A stretch of 64,000 bases of DNA, from positions 1,733-65,732 of the forward strand of contig JAKAJP010000013.1 of the NCBI GenBank assembly GCA_021824915.1. The letters run 5' to 3'. The position numbers and the translations under genes were made by a program. Below are positions 10,086 to 19,758 of the stretch, in pieces (positions within the stretch are counted from its first letter, which is position 1; every line of letters begins with the position of its first letter). The notes under the pieces are model-generated. The model searched no databases, was not told the origin of the DNA, and worked only from the letters and a program-made list of their open reading frames with translations. The stretch comes from a bacterium. Lineage in GTDB: Bacteria > Patescibacteriota > Microgenomatia > UBA8517.

Positions 10086-11030
10086 ATGCAAAGCGTTTTG
10101 ATCACGGGTGGAGCGGGTTTTATAGGAAGCCACCTTTGCGACTATTTGATTGAAAAAGGGTACAAAGTTATTGCTTTGGATAATCTTTTGACCGGTTCAA
10201 AGAAAAACATTGAACGCCTTTTAGGAAATCCCAATTTTGAATTTATAGAAGCTGACGTGACAATGCAGGCTGCGATTAGTTCGGTTCCTCATGTCGATTT
10301 TATCTTTCATCTTGCATCTCCAGCCTCACCAATTGACTATCAGGCGCACCCTGAGGAGACGCTTTTAACAAATTCGATAGGAACCCTTAATATGCTTAAT
10401 TTGGCAAAAGATAAAAAAGCCAAAATTTTGATAACGTCTACATCTGAGGTTTATGGCGATCCGAAGGAGCACCCCCAGAAAGAGACATATTTTGGAAATG
10501 TGAACTCTTTTGGGCCTCGGGCTTGCTATGATGAGAGTAAAAGATTTTCTGAAGCCGCGACTTATGTTTTTTTGGAAAAATATGACGTGGATGCCAGAAT
10601 AATTAGAATTTTTAACACCTATGGACCGAGAATGCAGAAAGATGATGGCAGGGTTGTCAGTAATTTTATAAATAACGCACTTGAGGGAAAAGAGCTGAAT
10701 ATAGATGGTGACGGAAGCCAAACACGATCCTTTTGTTTTGTAAGTGACATGGTGGAGGGTATCTTTAAGGCGGTGTTTTCCGATAACACCAGAGGCCAAA
10801 TTTTCAATTTAGGGAACCCGGATGAGTATGAAGTTAAAGAGCTTGCCAGCAAAGTTTTGATTCTTGCGGGTTCAAAATCAAAAATAGAGTATAACGGAAA
10901 ATTTAGAATTGATGATCCAATGCGACGCCAACCCGATATTACGAAAGCGAAGCAAATTTTGGGATGGGAACCGAAAGTCGATTTGGAGGAAGGGCTTCAA
11001 AAAACCATCGAATATTATAAATCACTCTAA
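10086..11030 (+). CDS. UDP-glucuronate decarboxylase (UDP-xylose synthase)-like SDR
   Basis: TGGAGFIG, HLASPASP, TSTSEVYGDP, GPRACYDESKR, DGRVVSNF. Confidence 0.9.
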   Translation: MQSVLITGGAGFIGSHLCDYLIEKGYKVIALDNLLTGSKKNIERLLGNPNFEFIEADVTMQAAISSVPHVDFIFHLASPASPIDYQAHPEETLLTNSIGTLNMLNLAKDKKAKILITSTSEVYGDPKEHPQKETYFGNVNSFGPRACYDESKRFSEAATYVFLEKYDVDARIIRIFNTYGPRMQKDDGRVVSNFINNALEGKELNIDGDGSQTRSFCFVSDMVEGIFKAVFSDNTRGQIFNLGNPDEYEVKELASKVLILAGSKSKIEYNGKFRIDDPMRRQPDITKAKQILGWEPKVDLEEGLQKTIEYYKSL

Positions 11031-12517
11031 ACCTTCTCAGTAACCCTATATTCTATATATTTTCCAAGCATTAATCTTGTATGAGCGTCTAGTCCCGGGA
11101 GGGCTGAAAAGAAGAATCCCGCAATCGGCATTAAAATAAATTCTAGCGGGCTAATTATTTGTCTCCAGACGGGGAATCCATCAGGACGCTTTGGTTTGTG
11201 GGTGTTATCGATAATCAGAGTGATAACCAGAAAGATAAGTGAGATTGTTAGTATTAAAGATGACAACCGGGGAACCGTATAACCAAGCGCTGTTCGTCCA
11301 AAAGCGGGGTTAAAAAGCGTGGGAACCGTAAGACCTAAAGTAATAAGAAACCAGTTGACCGGCCAGGAAAAATGAGACCAGAGTACATAAATGAGTCTCA
11401 TCGTCTTATCCCAAAAAGGAATACCGGAAGTTAGGAAATAATCTTTAATTATCCAAGGATCGTCGCTTGCACCCCATGCCCATCTTTTAATTTGTTCATA
11501 TTGGTTTTGGACTGTTTTCCAAAATGAAGTTGATTGGGCGGCGTCTGCTAGAAGAGGTAAATAAATCGGTTCGACTTCAATTCCTCCGTGTTTTTTATAA
11601 AATGCTTTGAAAAATATTCCCCAATCTTCAGGAATTTTATCCGGGTCCCAATAGTCCACTTCGCTTAAGAGTTTGAATGAGAGAGAATAATTTTGGGCGT
11701 TTATTAGGCGGTCGCGTCTGGGGAGAAGGGATAAATTCCAAATGGACATCAAAGTATTGGGTACACGAGTAATAGCGGGAATTTCCCAGATATTGTTATA
11801 AAACATGACCGCTGGCTGCCAAAATCTTTTATATCTTTCGGGGTTATCAAGGAATTTATAAGTAAGACAAGAGAAGTGTTTGGGATGGAATTTGTGATCG
11901 GCGTCGCAAGAAGTGACTGTAATATAATTTATATCTATTTTTTTTGCGTCAATATAATTTTTCTTTACCCATATCGCGGCAAATCTTTCGTTGGAAGCCT
12001 TCCCGGAAACCTCTCCCATGACAAGTTCGTGAGTAGTAACGAAAAATTCGCCAAAGACACCCTTAAACTTAGACCTAAGAACTTTTTCTCTTTCGCTTCT
12101 TTCCTGGATGGGTTCTTTACCTTCCATTGCAAGAACTAAAATGATTTGTTTTGTCGGAAACTCCTGCGAGGCTAGCGAATTTAGTGTCCTTTCCAAAATG
12201 TGAATCGGCTCTTTATAAACAGGAATTATTACAACGTGGCGGACTTTTTTATAATCCGGAAAATCTTTTACATCCGCCATCCAATTGTATATTTTTGCGG
12301 CTTGGATTCTGACGTGGGAGATGATTGCAGATAGGGCCAATTGAAATGATTGATAAAACCAGTAGACATTAAAGATTAAAATAAAATAGGCAACAACTTC
12401 AGGGATAACAATGACCCCCCAATAAGGAAAGAGAATTAAGTTCCAGGAGACAAGTCCGGGCAATATTTCAAGAGCCCGCAGTATCTCTTTTTCGTGTTTG
12501 ATTACGAAATTTCGCAT
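11027..12517 (-). CDS. Membrane GT2-family glycosyltransferase
   Basis: IIPVYKE, GKASN, CDAD, IPEDW, QIKRWAWG (QxxRW). Confidence 0.88.
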   Translation of the reverse strand: MRNFVIKHEKEILRALEILPGLVSWNLILFPYWGVIVIPEVVAYFILIFNVYWFYQSFQLALSAIISHVRIQAAKIYNWMADVKDFPDYKKVRHVVIIPVYKEPIHILERTLNSLASQEFPTKQIILVLAMEGKEPIQERSEREKVLRSKFKGVFGEFFVTTHELVMGEVSGKASNERFAAIWVKKNYIDAKKIDINYITVTSCDADHKFHPKHFSCLTYKFLDNPERYKRFWQPAVMFYNNIWEIPAITRVPNTLMSIWNLSLLPRRDRLINAQNYSLSFKLLSEVDYWDPDKIPEDWGIFFKAFYKKHGGIEVEPIYLPLLADAAQSTSFWKTVQNQYEQIKRWAWGASDDPWIIKDYFLTSGIPFWDKTMRLIYVLWSHFSWPVNWFLITLGLTVPTLFNPAFGRTALGYTVPRLSSLILTISLIFLVITLIIDNTHKPKRPDGFPVWRQIISPLEFILMPIAGFFFSALPGLDAHTRLMLGKYIEYRVTEKV

Positions 12518-12519
12518 AA

Positions 12520-13965
12520 TTATTTTAGTCTGGGGAATAGTGGCGCTTCCGACTTAATTTTTGGACCTTTGAACTGTTTTTCAATCTTTTCTGCTGTTTC
12601 GGGAAGGAAAGGTCTTAGCCTAAACGCAATCTTTCTAAGGTCGTCAATCTCAGATTGCAAGATGTCTTTTAATTTAGATTTATCTTTTTCTAACCAGGGT
12701 GTGTTGTGGTTCATGTGTTGGTCAACAATGCTTATATCTAACCAAATACTTTGAAGGGCAATATCGAAGCGGTAATCTTCTAAGGCTTTAGCCCATTCTT
12801 CGTCTGAGGTTTTTTGTAAAGAGTCTGTATTCGAGAATTCGAAGCGAGAATTTTCAGCTAATTTAGCTATTCTGGAGACCAAATTGCCAAGTCCATTTGC
12901 AAGCTCGCCGTTAAACGCATCCTCAAACTTTTCTTTAGTGAAATCACTGTCTTCTGTGGGGTTAACCTTTGCTAATAAATAATATCTCAATGCATCTGTG
13001 CTGTATCTTTCTACATATTCTAATGGATCAATAACATTTCCCAGGCTTTTACTCATCTTTTGACCGTTAGAGTTTATAAAACCATGGATTAATATTTGTC
13101 GGCTCGGTGGAAGTCCCGCTGCAATAAGCATTGCTTGCCACATAGCAGTTTGTTGTCGCAGGTTATCTTTCCCTGCAACCTGAATCGCGTTTGGTTTTTC
13201 CGTCGTTCCCCAAAACTCGGTAAACTTTTTCTCATTCTCCGGCCAACCTAGGGCCGAAATGTAGTAAGTTAAAGCGTCAAACCAGACATACATTACCTGT
13301 TTTTCGTCATTGGGAACCGGTACTCCCCAGGGCATTTTTTCTTTGACTCTGCTGACACTAAAATCATTAAGTCCAGCTTCAACAAAGTTACGGATTTCTT
13401 TTTGCCTGTGCGCTGGAATTACGAAATCAGGAAATTTTTCATAGTGTTTAATTAGCTTGTCTGCGAGTTTGGAAAACTTGAAAAAATAATTTTCCTCTTC
13501 AATTAGCTCGATCTCTTTATTTGGGTGAAGTGGGCATTTACCATCGACCAACTCTGAATCCTGTTTCTCGAGCTCGCAACCGACGCAATATTTCGCCTTG
13601 TAAATTCCTTTTTTGATAAATCCAGCAGCGTCTACTCTGTGCCACATTTCTTGTGCGGCTTTTATATGCTCGGGGTTTGTGGAACGCCAAAAACTGTTGT
13701 ATGAAAGGTTCAAGGCCTTTTTTAAGTTATCAAATTTAGCCGCGTACTCGTCAACGTAATCTTGCGCATCCTTTCCTGCCTCAATTGCTTTCTCATAAAT
13801 CTTTTTTCCGTGTTCGTCAGTTCCCGTGTTAAAAAAAACATCCTCGCCCAACATTTTGTGGTATCGCGCCAAGACATCGGCTTGAATTATTTCCAACGCA
13901 AAACCTATATGTGGGGCAGAATTTACATAGGGTGCGGTCGTTGTCAAGTAATATTTTTTGGTCAT
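12520..13965 (-). CDS. metG: Methionyl-tRNA synthetase (short form)
   Basis: PYVNSAPHIGF, TGTDEHG, CVGC..CPLH knuckle, YVWFDAL, KMSKS; start MTKKY at 13965. Confidence 0.96.
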   Translation of the reverse strand: MTKKYYLTTTAPYVNSAPHIGFALEIIQADVLARYHKMLGEDVFFNTGTDEHGKKIYEKAIEAGKDAQDYVDEYAAKFDNLKKALNLSYNSFWRSTNPEHIKAAQEMWHRVDAAGFIKKGIYKAKYCVGCELEKQDSELVDGKCPLHPNKEIELIEEENYFFKFSKLADKLIKHYEKFPDFVIPAHRQKEIRNFVEAGLNDFSVSRVKEKMPWGVPVPNDEKQVMYVWFDALTYYISALGWPENEKKFTEFWGTTEKPNAIQVAGKDNLRQQTAMWQAMLIAAGLPPSRQILIHGFINSNGQKMSKSLGNVIDPLEYVERYSTDALRYYLLAKVNPTEDSDFTKEKFEDAFNGELANGLGNLVSRIAKLAENSRFEFSNTDSLQKTSDEEWAKALEDYRFDIALQSIWLDISIVDQHMNHNTPWLEKDKSKLKDILQSEIDDLRKIAFRLRPFLPETAEKIEKQFKGPKIKSEAPLFPRLK

Positions 13966-13997
13966 GGCTATATTGTACAGCCGGGGTGGGTTTGAAG

Positions 13998-14330
13998 CTA
14001 CTTTTTGCCGAATTTCCTTATTTTTTCGGCCCAAACATTGGCCCATTCTTCAGCTTCGATTTTTTTAAGGGCAAGCTTGATCCCATTTTTCCTAAGTGAT
14101 TTCTCGGCTAAGGATATTTCTTTAGAAGTTGCTAGTAGGTTTCTTTTGATATTCTCCTTATCCCTGCCCTTTTTGAGCCAATAAGCAATCATCATCCTTT
14201 TGATATATTTTTCAAGTTCCTCTTCATCAAAAAAATCGATTAAGAAAGCCTCAATTTCTTTAGGATTATCCAGATCGTTAAGCATCTGGGAGAAGGTTCG
14301 GAATAATTGACGCTTAAGTGACGGATTCAT
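13998..14330 (-). CDS. TrpR-like (YerC/YecD) protein
   Basis: EIEAFLIDFFDEEELEKYIKRMMIAYWLKKG pattern. Confidence 0.6.
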   Translation of the reverse strand: MNPSLKRQLFRTFSQMLNDLDNPKEIEAFLIDFFDEEELEKYIKRMMIAYWLKKGRDKENIKRNLLATSKEISLAEKSLRKNGIKLALKKIEAEEWANVWAEKIRKFGKK

Positions 14331-14659
14331 TATCGGCTGAAGTATAACTCGATCGCGACCGCTATGCCAGCCAGTAAAAGAAAATTAAGAATATTGCCAA
14401 TCCCAAGGTATCGGAGGAAAAGGAATATGGATAAGGCCCCTGCGGCTACGAATCCCCGGCGGGAATTGCTAAAAAGTAAAGCAAAGGTAAACAGAAGACT
14501 CAAAAATACCAGACAAAAAAATGCGGGAACTGCTCCAAAAGAAAAAGGATCAACGGCGTAGATCAAAAACCCAGTCGCTATCCAAAGAAGAAGCGTTAAA
14601 ACCAGAGTCGGAAGGAAATTTTTACGCCTTAGTATTTGAGCCCGTCTTTGTTCTTTCAT
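14330..14659 (-). CDS. Small 4-TM membrane protein
   Basis: Four hydrophobic helices; stop overlaps the next start. Confidence 0.75.
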   Translation of the reverse strand: MKEQRRAQILRRKNFLPTLVLTLLLWIATGFLIYAVDPFSFGAVPAFFCLVFLSLLFTFALLFSNSRRGFVAAGALSIFLFLRYLGIGNILNFLLLAGIAVAIELYFSR

Positions 14660-14678
14660 ATGCTACAATGGCTTACCC

Positions 14679-15671
14679 ATGGATCCTGTAATTGTCTTAA
14701 TTATAGTATTAGCGGCCCTAACTATCTTGGCAATTTTTATCAATAAGAGATTGGCCGATTTGAAAGAGTCACAAAAGCCAAGCGATGAGCTTTTGGAAAT
14801 TATTAAAACGCTTCAAACCGGTTCCCGTGAAGACAGACGGGATTTAATTAATTCTTTGCAGAAAAATACCCAGGCGGTCAATGAACGGCTGGATAATGCA
14901 GCCCGTGTTATTTCCCAGGTGCAGAGGAATTTAGGGGAAATGAGCGAGATTGGAAAAGGAATACGCACTCTTCAGGATTTTTTGCAATCACCGAAGCTTC
15001 GCGGAGGATTGGGGGAGGAAGTATTAAAAGAAATGATTGGCCAGACTTTTCCCAAAAACGCTTTTCATCTTCAATATCCTTTCAAAAGCGGAGTAAAAGT
15101 TGACGCGGTATTAAAAACCGAAGCGGGCCTTCTTTGCATCGATTCAAAATTCCCAATGGAGAATTTTAATCTAATGCATAAAGGGGAGACGGAAGCAGAA
15201 AGAAATTCTGCAAAGAGGCAGTTTATTCAGGACGTTAAAAAACACATCGAAGATATTTCCAGAAAATATATTTTGCCGGAAGAGGGAACGATGGATTTTG
15301 CTTTAATGTATATCCCTTCGGAGGCGGTTTATTACGAAGCTGTAAATATTCCGGAACTTTCAACTTTTGCAAGAAGATTAAGAGTTTATCCGGTCTCACC
15401 AAACACTCTGTATGCGCATTTACAGGTTTTGCTTTTATCTTTTGAGGGGAAAGATTTGGAGCAAAAATCAAGAGAAGTGTTTAGAATTTTGAGAGCAATC
15501 CAAAAAGATTACGGCAAAGTTGAAGAAAATTTGAGTACTCTGCAAAAGCATTTGAACAACGCATATAACATGATGAGTAATGTTTTTAGCAGTTTTACTC
15601 AACTCGGTCAAAAAATTTCTTCTACACAGAGATTGAGCGGGATTAAAAAAGAAAAAGAATTGGAAGAATAA
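14679..15671 (+). CDS. rmuC: RmuC-family protein
   Basis: N-terminal TM and coiled coil; RGGLGE, IDSKFP, KYILPEEGTMDFALMYIPSE, VSPNTL. Confidence 0.92.
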   Translation: MDPVIVLIIVLAALTILAIFINKRLADLKESQKPSDELLEIIKTLQTGSREDRRDLINSLQKNTQAVNERLDNAARVISQVQRNLGEMSEIGKGIRTLQDFLQSPKLRGGLGEEVLKEMIGQTFPKNAFHLQYPFKSGVKVDAVLKTEAGLLCIDSKFPMENFNLMHKGETEAERNSAKRQFIQDVKKHIEDISRKYILPEEGTMDFALMYIPSEAVYYEAVNIPELSTFARRLRVYPVSPNTLYAHLQVLLLSFEGKDLEQKSREVFRILRAIQKDYGKVEENLSTLQKHLNNAYNMMSNVFSSFTQLGQKISSTQRLSGIKKEKELEE

Positions 15672-16013
15672 ATGGACGAATTAATTCTTGTTTATACAAC
15701 CTGGGAGTCGGTCGAGCAGGCAAAAAAAGCCGGAAAGCATTTATTGGAAAAAAGGATTTGCGGTTGCGTAAATATTTATCCTGAAATGCAGCCGATGTTT
15801 TGGTGGCCGCCAAGAGAAAATAGACTGGATGGATCAAAGGAAGTTGTGATGATTGTAAAAACCTTAAAAAGAAAGTATGAAGAATTGGAGAAAGAAATCT
15901 GCAAAATTCATACCTACGACGTACCTTGCATAATTGCCATCCCAACTTATAAAGTTAATAAGGATTACTTTGATTGGATAAAAGGGGAGATAGAAATGGG
16001 TGAGAGCAAATAA
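15672..16013 (+). CDS. cutA: Divalent-cation tolerance protein CutA
   Basis: LLEKRICGCVNI, HTYDVPCII. Confidence 0.9.
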   Translation: MDELILVYTTWESVEQAKKAGKHLLEKRICGCVNIYPEMQPMFWWPPRENRLDGSKEVVMIVKTLKRKYEELEKEICKIHTYDVPCIIAIPTYKVNKDYFDWIKGEIEMGESK

Positions 16014-16036
16014 TTTCTTCGTGATACAATCCATTT

Positions 16037-18949
16037 GTGGCTAAAGATTTAAAGAACCTCAAATTGAACAGAGAACAGATTGAAGCGATTAAATTTGGCG
16101 AAGGGCCCCTTTTAATTATTGCTGGAGCCGGAACGGGGAAGACAACCGTTATAACAGAGCGTATTAAGTATTTAATTCTTAGTAAGAAGGCAAAGACTTC
16201 GGAAATCTTAGCATTAACTTTTACAGAAAAGGCCGCACGCGAAATGGAGGAGAGGGTAGATGTGAGTATGCCATACGGTTATACGCAAATGTGGATTATG
16301 ACTTTCCATTCTTTCTGTGATCGAATTTTGCGCCGGGAAGCGCTTCATATCGGATTGGACCCGAAATATAAACTTATGACAGAGGCAGAATCTGTTCAAC
16401 TTCTTCGTAAAAATCTTTTTAAACTGGAACTAAATTATTTTAGACCTTTAGGAAATCCTACGAAATTCATTAGTGGAATGCTTCAGCACTTTTCCCGGCT
16501 TCAAGATGAAGATGTTTCGCCGAGTGATTATGCCACCTGGGTCAAAAAACAAAAAGCAAAAACTTCTGATGAGAAAGTTGAAATCGAAAAGTGGCAGGAG
16601 CTAGCGAAAGTATATAAAGCTTATGACGAGCTGAAGGTTAAAGAGGGGCTGATGGATTTTGGAGATTTAATCGTTAAAACTTTAAAGCTTTTTAGAGATC
16701 GGCCGAATGTTCTTAGCGAATATAAAAAACAATTTAAATATCTGCTTGTGGACGAATTTCAGGATACAAATTATTCACAAAACGAGTTGGTGAAACTACT
16801 TACTGGAAAGAATGGAAATATAACCGTTGTAGGAGATGATGATCAGTCTATTTATAAATTTAGGGGTGCGGCAGTAAGTAATATTATTCAATTTAGAAAG
16901 AATTTTCCTGAAACACGCATCGTGGTTCTAACAAAAAATTATCGGTCAACGCAGGAGATTTTGGATAGAAGTTATGATCTAGTTCAATTCAATAATCCAG
17001 ACCGCCTTGAAGTTGTCGAGAAAATTGACAAAAAGTTAAAATCACAGATTGCAAAGAACGGAAGCGAAATGGGTTTTTTACATCTTGATAGGGTGGAAAA
17101 CGAAGCCGATGCAATCGCAAAAAAAATTGGAGAAATTAAAGACGGAGAAAAATATAAGTACAAAGATTTTGCAATTTTGGTCCGGGCCAATAACCATTCC
17201 GAGCCGATTATGAGGGCGCTCTCCCGACACGGTATTCCTTATCAGTTTTTGGGGCCGGGGCGGCTTTTTAAGCAACCAGAAATAGTGGACCTTATTTCAT
17301 ATCTCAAAGTTCTTTATGATTTTACCGACTCCGTTGCTTTTTATCGTATCCTGGCCCAGGACTATTTTAAAATTCCGGGGAGGGACTTGGTGGCAATGGG
17401 GAATTACGGAAGAAGATACAATAAAAATTTATTTGAAGTTGCGGAAAATATTGACCAACTTTTTGTTAATGACAAAACAAAAGAATCCGTAAAAAAATTA
17501 CTCGAAATCATCAAAAAACACCTTGATTTGGTTAAAAAAGAGACAGCAGGACAATTGTTATATTACTATCTTGAGGATACCGGGCTTTTACAAAAATTAC
17601 TTTCACCGGATTCTATCGAAGCGGAGAGGCGGGCTCAAAACATTTCAAAGTTTTTTGATAAGTTAAAGACCTATGAGGTAGATCACGAAGATGCGAGAGT
17701 GCCCGCGGTTACAGACTGGTTAGATCTTTCAATAGAATTGGGCGAATCGCCGCTTGCAGCAGATACCGATTGGACGGAAATAAACGCGGTCAACATATTA
17801 ACAGCGCACAGCGCGAAAGGATTAGAATTTCCTGTTGTGTTTTTGGTCAACTTGGTTGCCCAAAGGTTTCCAACAAATGAAAGAAGGGAGCAAATAGCAA
17901 TTCCTGAAAAATTAATAAAAGAGGTTTTGCCAGTTGGGGATTATCATATCGAGGAAGAACGCCGTCTTTTTTATGTCGGGATGACTAGGGCAAAGGAAAA
18001 ATTGTTTTTTACCGCAGCGGATTATTATGGTGAAGGAAAGCGCGAGAAAAAACTCTCTCCATTTATTTTTGAAGCGCTTGGAGATAAAGCAGTTTTTTCA
18101 GAAAAACTTGCGGAGACAGGTCGACAGCTTTCGTTTTTAGATTATCAACCCCAGACCCGGCCGTCAGGTGGATTTGAATCTGCGCCCCTCCATATTGATT
18201 ATCTTTCTTATTCCCAGATCGAAACTTTTAATACTTGTCCTTTGCATTACAAACTGAAATATATTTATAAGCTTCCGACGCCGCCCAGCGCCTCCGCAAG
18301 TTTTGGAACAACAATTCATGCAACGCTAAAAAGTTTCTACGAACAAGTTGAGACGGGAGAAAAGCCAACGGATAAATTATTGTTTAATCTTCTTGAGAAA
18401 AATTGGGTAAAGGAAGGATATTCATCTAAAAAACACGAGGTGGACTTTATGCAAAAAGGTAAAGATTATTTGGCCGGATTTTTGAAATACGGATTTAACC
18501 CGAGAAATTTGCCAGTCGTTTTGGAACAGCCATTTACTGTGCCGCTAGGGGTTTCCGGTAGACCAATTAAGATTGGCGGAAAAATCGACAGAGTTGATAG
18601 GTTACCTGACGGATCCATAGAAATAGTTGATTACAAGACAGGCGCAACAATTCCGACACAAAAAGATGTGGATCGTAATTTGCAACTTTCTTTTTACGCC
18701 CTTGCCGCGACAACAATTCCAATGGAACCTTTTGGGGTAAGGGCGGATAAAGTAAAACTCTCTTTGTATTTTTTGGATACTCAAGAAAAGATCTCAACGA
18801 CAAGAACTGCAAAACAACTTGAAGAAGCGGGAAAAGAAATTTTGAAAGTCCGCGACGAAATAGAAAAATCTGATTTCAAATGCAGCAATCACATGTTTTG
18901 CCAAATGGGCTGCGAGTATTCGTTGTTCTGTCGAAGCGAGACTACTTAA
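16037..18949 (+). CDS. UvrD/REP helicase fused to a C-terminal PD-(D/E)XK nuclease (AddA/AdnAB-like)
   Basis: AGAGTGKT, DEFQD, HSAKGLEF, EERRLFYVGMTRA; LSYSQI..CP, GKIDRVD, IVDYKTG, QLSFY, C-terminal Cys cluster. Confidence 0.93.
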   Translation: MAKDLKNLKLNREQIEAIKFGEGPLLIIAGAGTGKTTVITERIKYLILSKKAKTSEILALTFTEKAAREMEERVDVSMPYGYTQMWIMTFHSFCDRILRREALHIGLDPKYKLMTEAESVQLLRKNLFKLELNYFRPLGNPTKFISGMLQHFSRLQDEDVSPSDYATWVKKQKAKTSDEKVEIEKWQELAKVYKAYDELKVKEGLMDFGDLIVKTLKLFRDRPNVLSEYKKQFKYLLVDEFQDTNYSQNELVKLLTGKNGNITVVGDDDQSIYKFRGAAVSNIIQFRKNFPETRIVVLTKNYRSTQEILDRSYDLVQFNNPDRLEVVEKIDKKLKSQIAKNGSEMGFLHLDRVENEADAIAKKIGEIKDGEKYKYKDFAILVRANNHSEPIMRALSRHGIPYQFLGPGRLFKQPEIVDLISYLKVLYDFTDSVAFYRILAQDYFKIPGRDLVAMGNYGRRYNKNLFEVAENIDQLFVNDKTKESVKKLLEIIKKHLDLVKKETAGQLLYYYLEDTGLLQKLLSPDSIEAERRAQNISKFFDKLKTYEVDHEDARVPAVTDWLDLSIELGESPLAADTDWTEINAVNILTAHSAKGLEFPVVFLVNLVAQRFPTNERREQIAIPEKLIKEVLPVGDYHIEEERRLFYVGMTRAKEKLFFTAADYYGEGKREKKLSPFIFEALGDKAVFSEKLAETGRQLSFLDYQPQTRPSGGFESAPLHIDYLSYSQIETFNTCPLHYKLKYIYKLPTPPSASASFGTTIHATLKSFYEQVETGEKPTDKLLFNLLEKNWVKEGYSSKKHEVDFMQKGKDYLAGFLKYGFNPRNLPVVLEQPFTVPLGVSGRPIKIGGKIDRVDRLPDGSIEIVDYKTGATIPTQKDVDRNLQLSFYALAATTIPMEPFGVRADKVKLSLYFLDTQEKISTTRTAKQLEEAGKEILKVRDEIEKSDFKCSNHMFCQMGCEYSLFCRSETT

Positions 18950-19205
18950 ACGCAATTATTTGGAAGCCGTATTTTTCTACTTCTTCTTTGCTCCAGAATT
19001 TCTCCAAGTCTTTTGATTTTAGGACAAAGGTAACTTTCTTTTTGATATCGCGACCTGTGTATTCCTGTTTTTTAGGATCCCATTCACGAAGACAGAGAAC
19101 GTCGCCGGGTTTACACTTAAACCTGTCCAGTCTTGCATCAAAAGTTTTTTCTCCCGATAAAACCTTTTCGAAAAGTTCCGGTATTGCTTTCTTTTCAATT
19201 ACCAT
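18942..19205 (-). CDS. ASCH/PUA-like (DUF3850-type) protein
   Basis: FEKVLSGEKTFDAR...PGDVLCLREWD...YTGR. Confidence 0.75.
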   Translation of the reverse strand: MVIEKKAIPELFEKVLSGEKTFDARLDRFKCKPGDVLCLREWDPKKQEYTGRDIKKKVTFVLKSKDLEKFWSKEEVEKYGFQIIAFK

Positions 19206-19758
19206 TCGTGATCAGTTTAGTTATTTTTCTGAATATTTCATCACCCAAAAGCATATCTGTCAGCATTTCGGGGTGAAATTGCAGACCATAAACATTCCTG
19301 TCTTTTACTTTAATTATTTCCCATCCGTGTTTAGATTTTGCGATTCCAGTAAGGTCTTTTCCTAGTTTTTTGATTGCCCAATGATGGGCTTCATAAACTT
19401 TTATTGGTTTGTTAACTTTAAAATAGTTACTGTTAACGATTTTGATTTCTTTAATACCTTTTTCTTTGGGTTTAAAAGACTCCAATTGTGAATTATATGT
19501 ATAAGCAACAATCTCACACCCTGCACAAATACCAATTATTGGTATGTTTGAATTTTTTACGAGTTTGATTTCTTCAACAAATTTTTCCGGATTTTCCTTG
19601 ACCGCAAATTTGCTACTACCAGACAAAATTATTAGATTGAAGTCCGATGGAGTAGGTAAATCTTCCGACGACTTAATTATGGTTAATACATTTTTCGATA
19701 GTAGATTTTTAAGAGCCTGGAGGTGTTTTGTTCCGTTATCTATTATTAACGTCTTCAT
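19195..19758 (-). CDS. Stand-alone class I glutamine amidotransferase
   Basis: LIIDNG, IILSGS, GICAG (catalytic Cys), GLQFHPE; ATGA-coupled to the upstream femAB-like gene. Confidence 0.85.
   Translation of the reverse strand: MKTLIIDNGTKHLQALKNLLSKNVLTIIKSSEDLPTPSDFNLIILSGSSKFAVKENPEKFVEEIKLVKNSNIPIIGICAGCEIVAYTYNSQLESFKPKEKGIKEIKIVNSNYFKVNKPIKVYEAHHWAIKKLGKDLTGIAKSKHGWEIIKVKDRNVYGLQFHPEMLTDMLLGDEIFRKITKLITNGN

Noticed and set aside
13966-14046. N-terminal extension of metG; similar extensions of nusA (42953), rodZ (55717), mltG (61989) and pcrA (23445)
   Set aside because: They overlap neighbours or leaders; downstream ATGs fit the family N-termini and the -10 spacing
18880-19365. 161-aa plus-strand ORF and many other antisense ORFs within long genes
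   Set aside because: Shadow frames opposite well-supported CDSs
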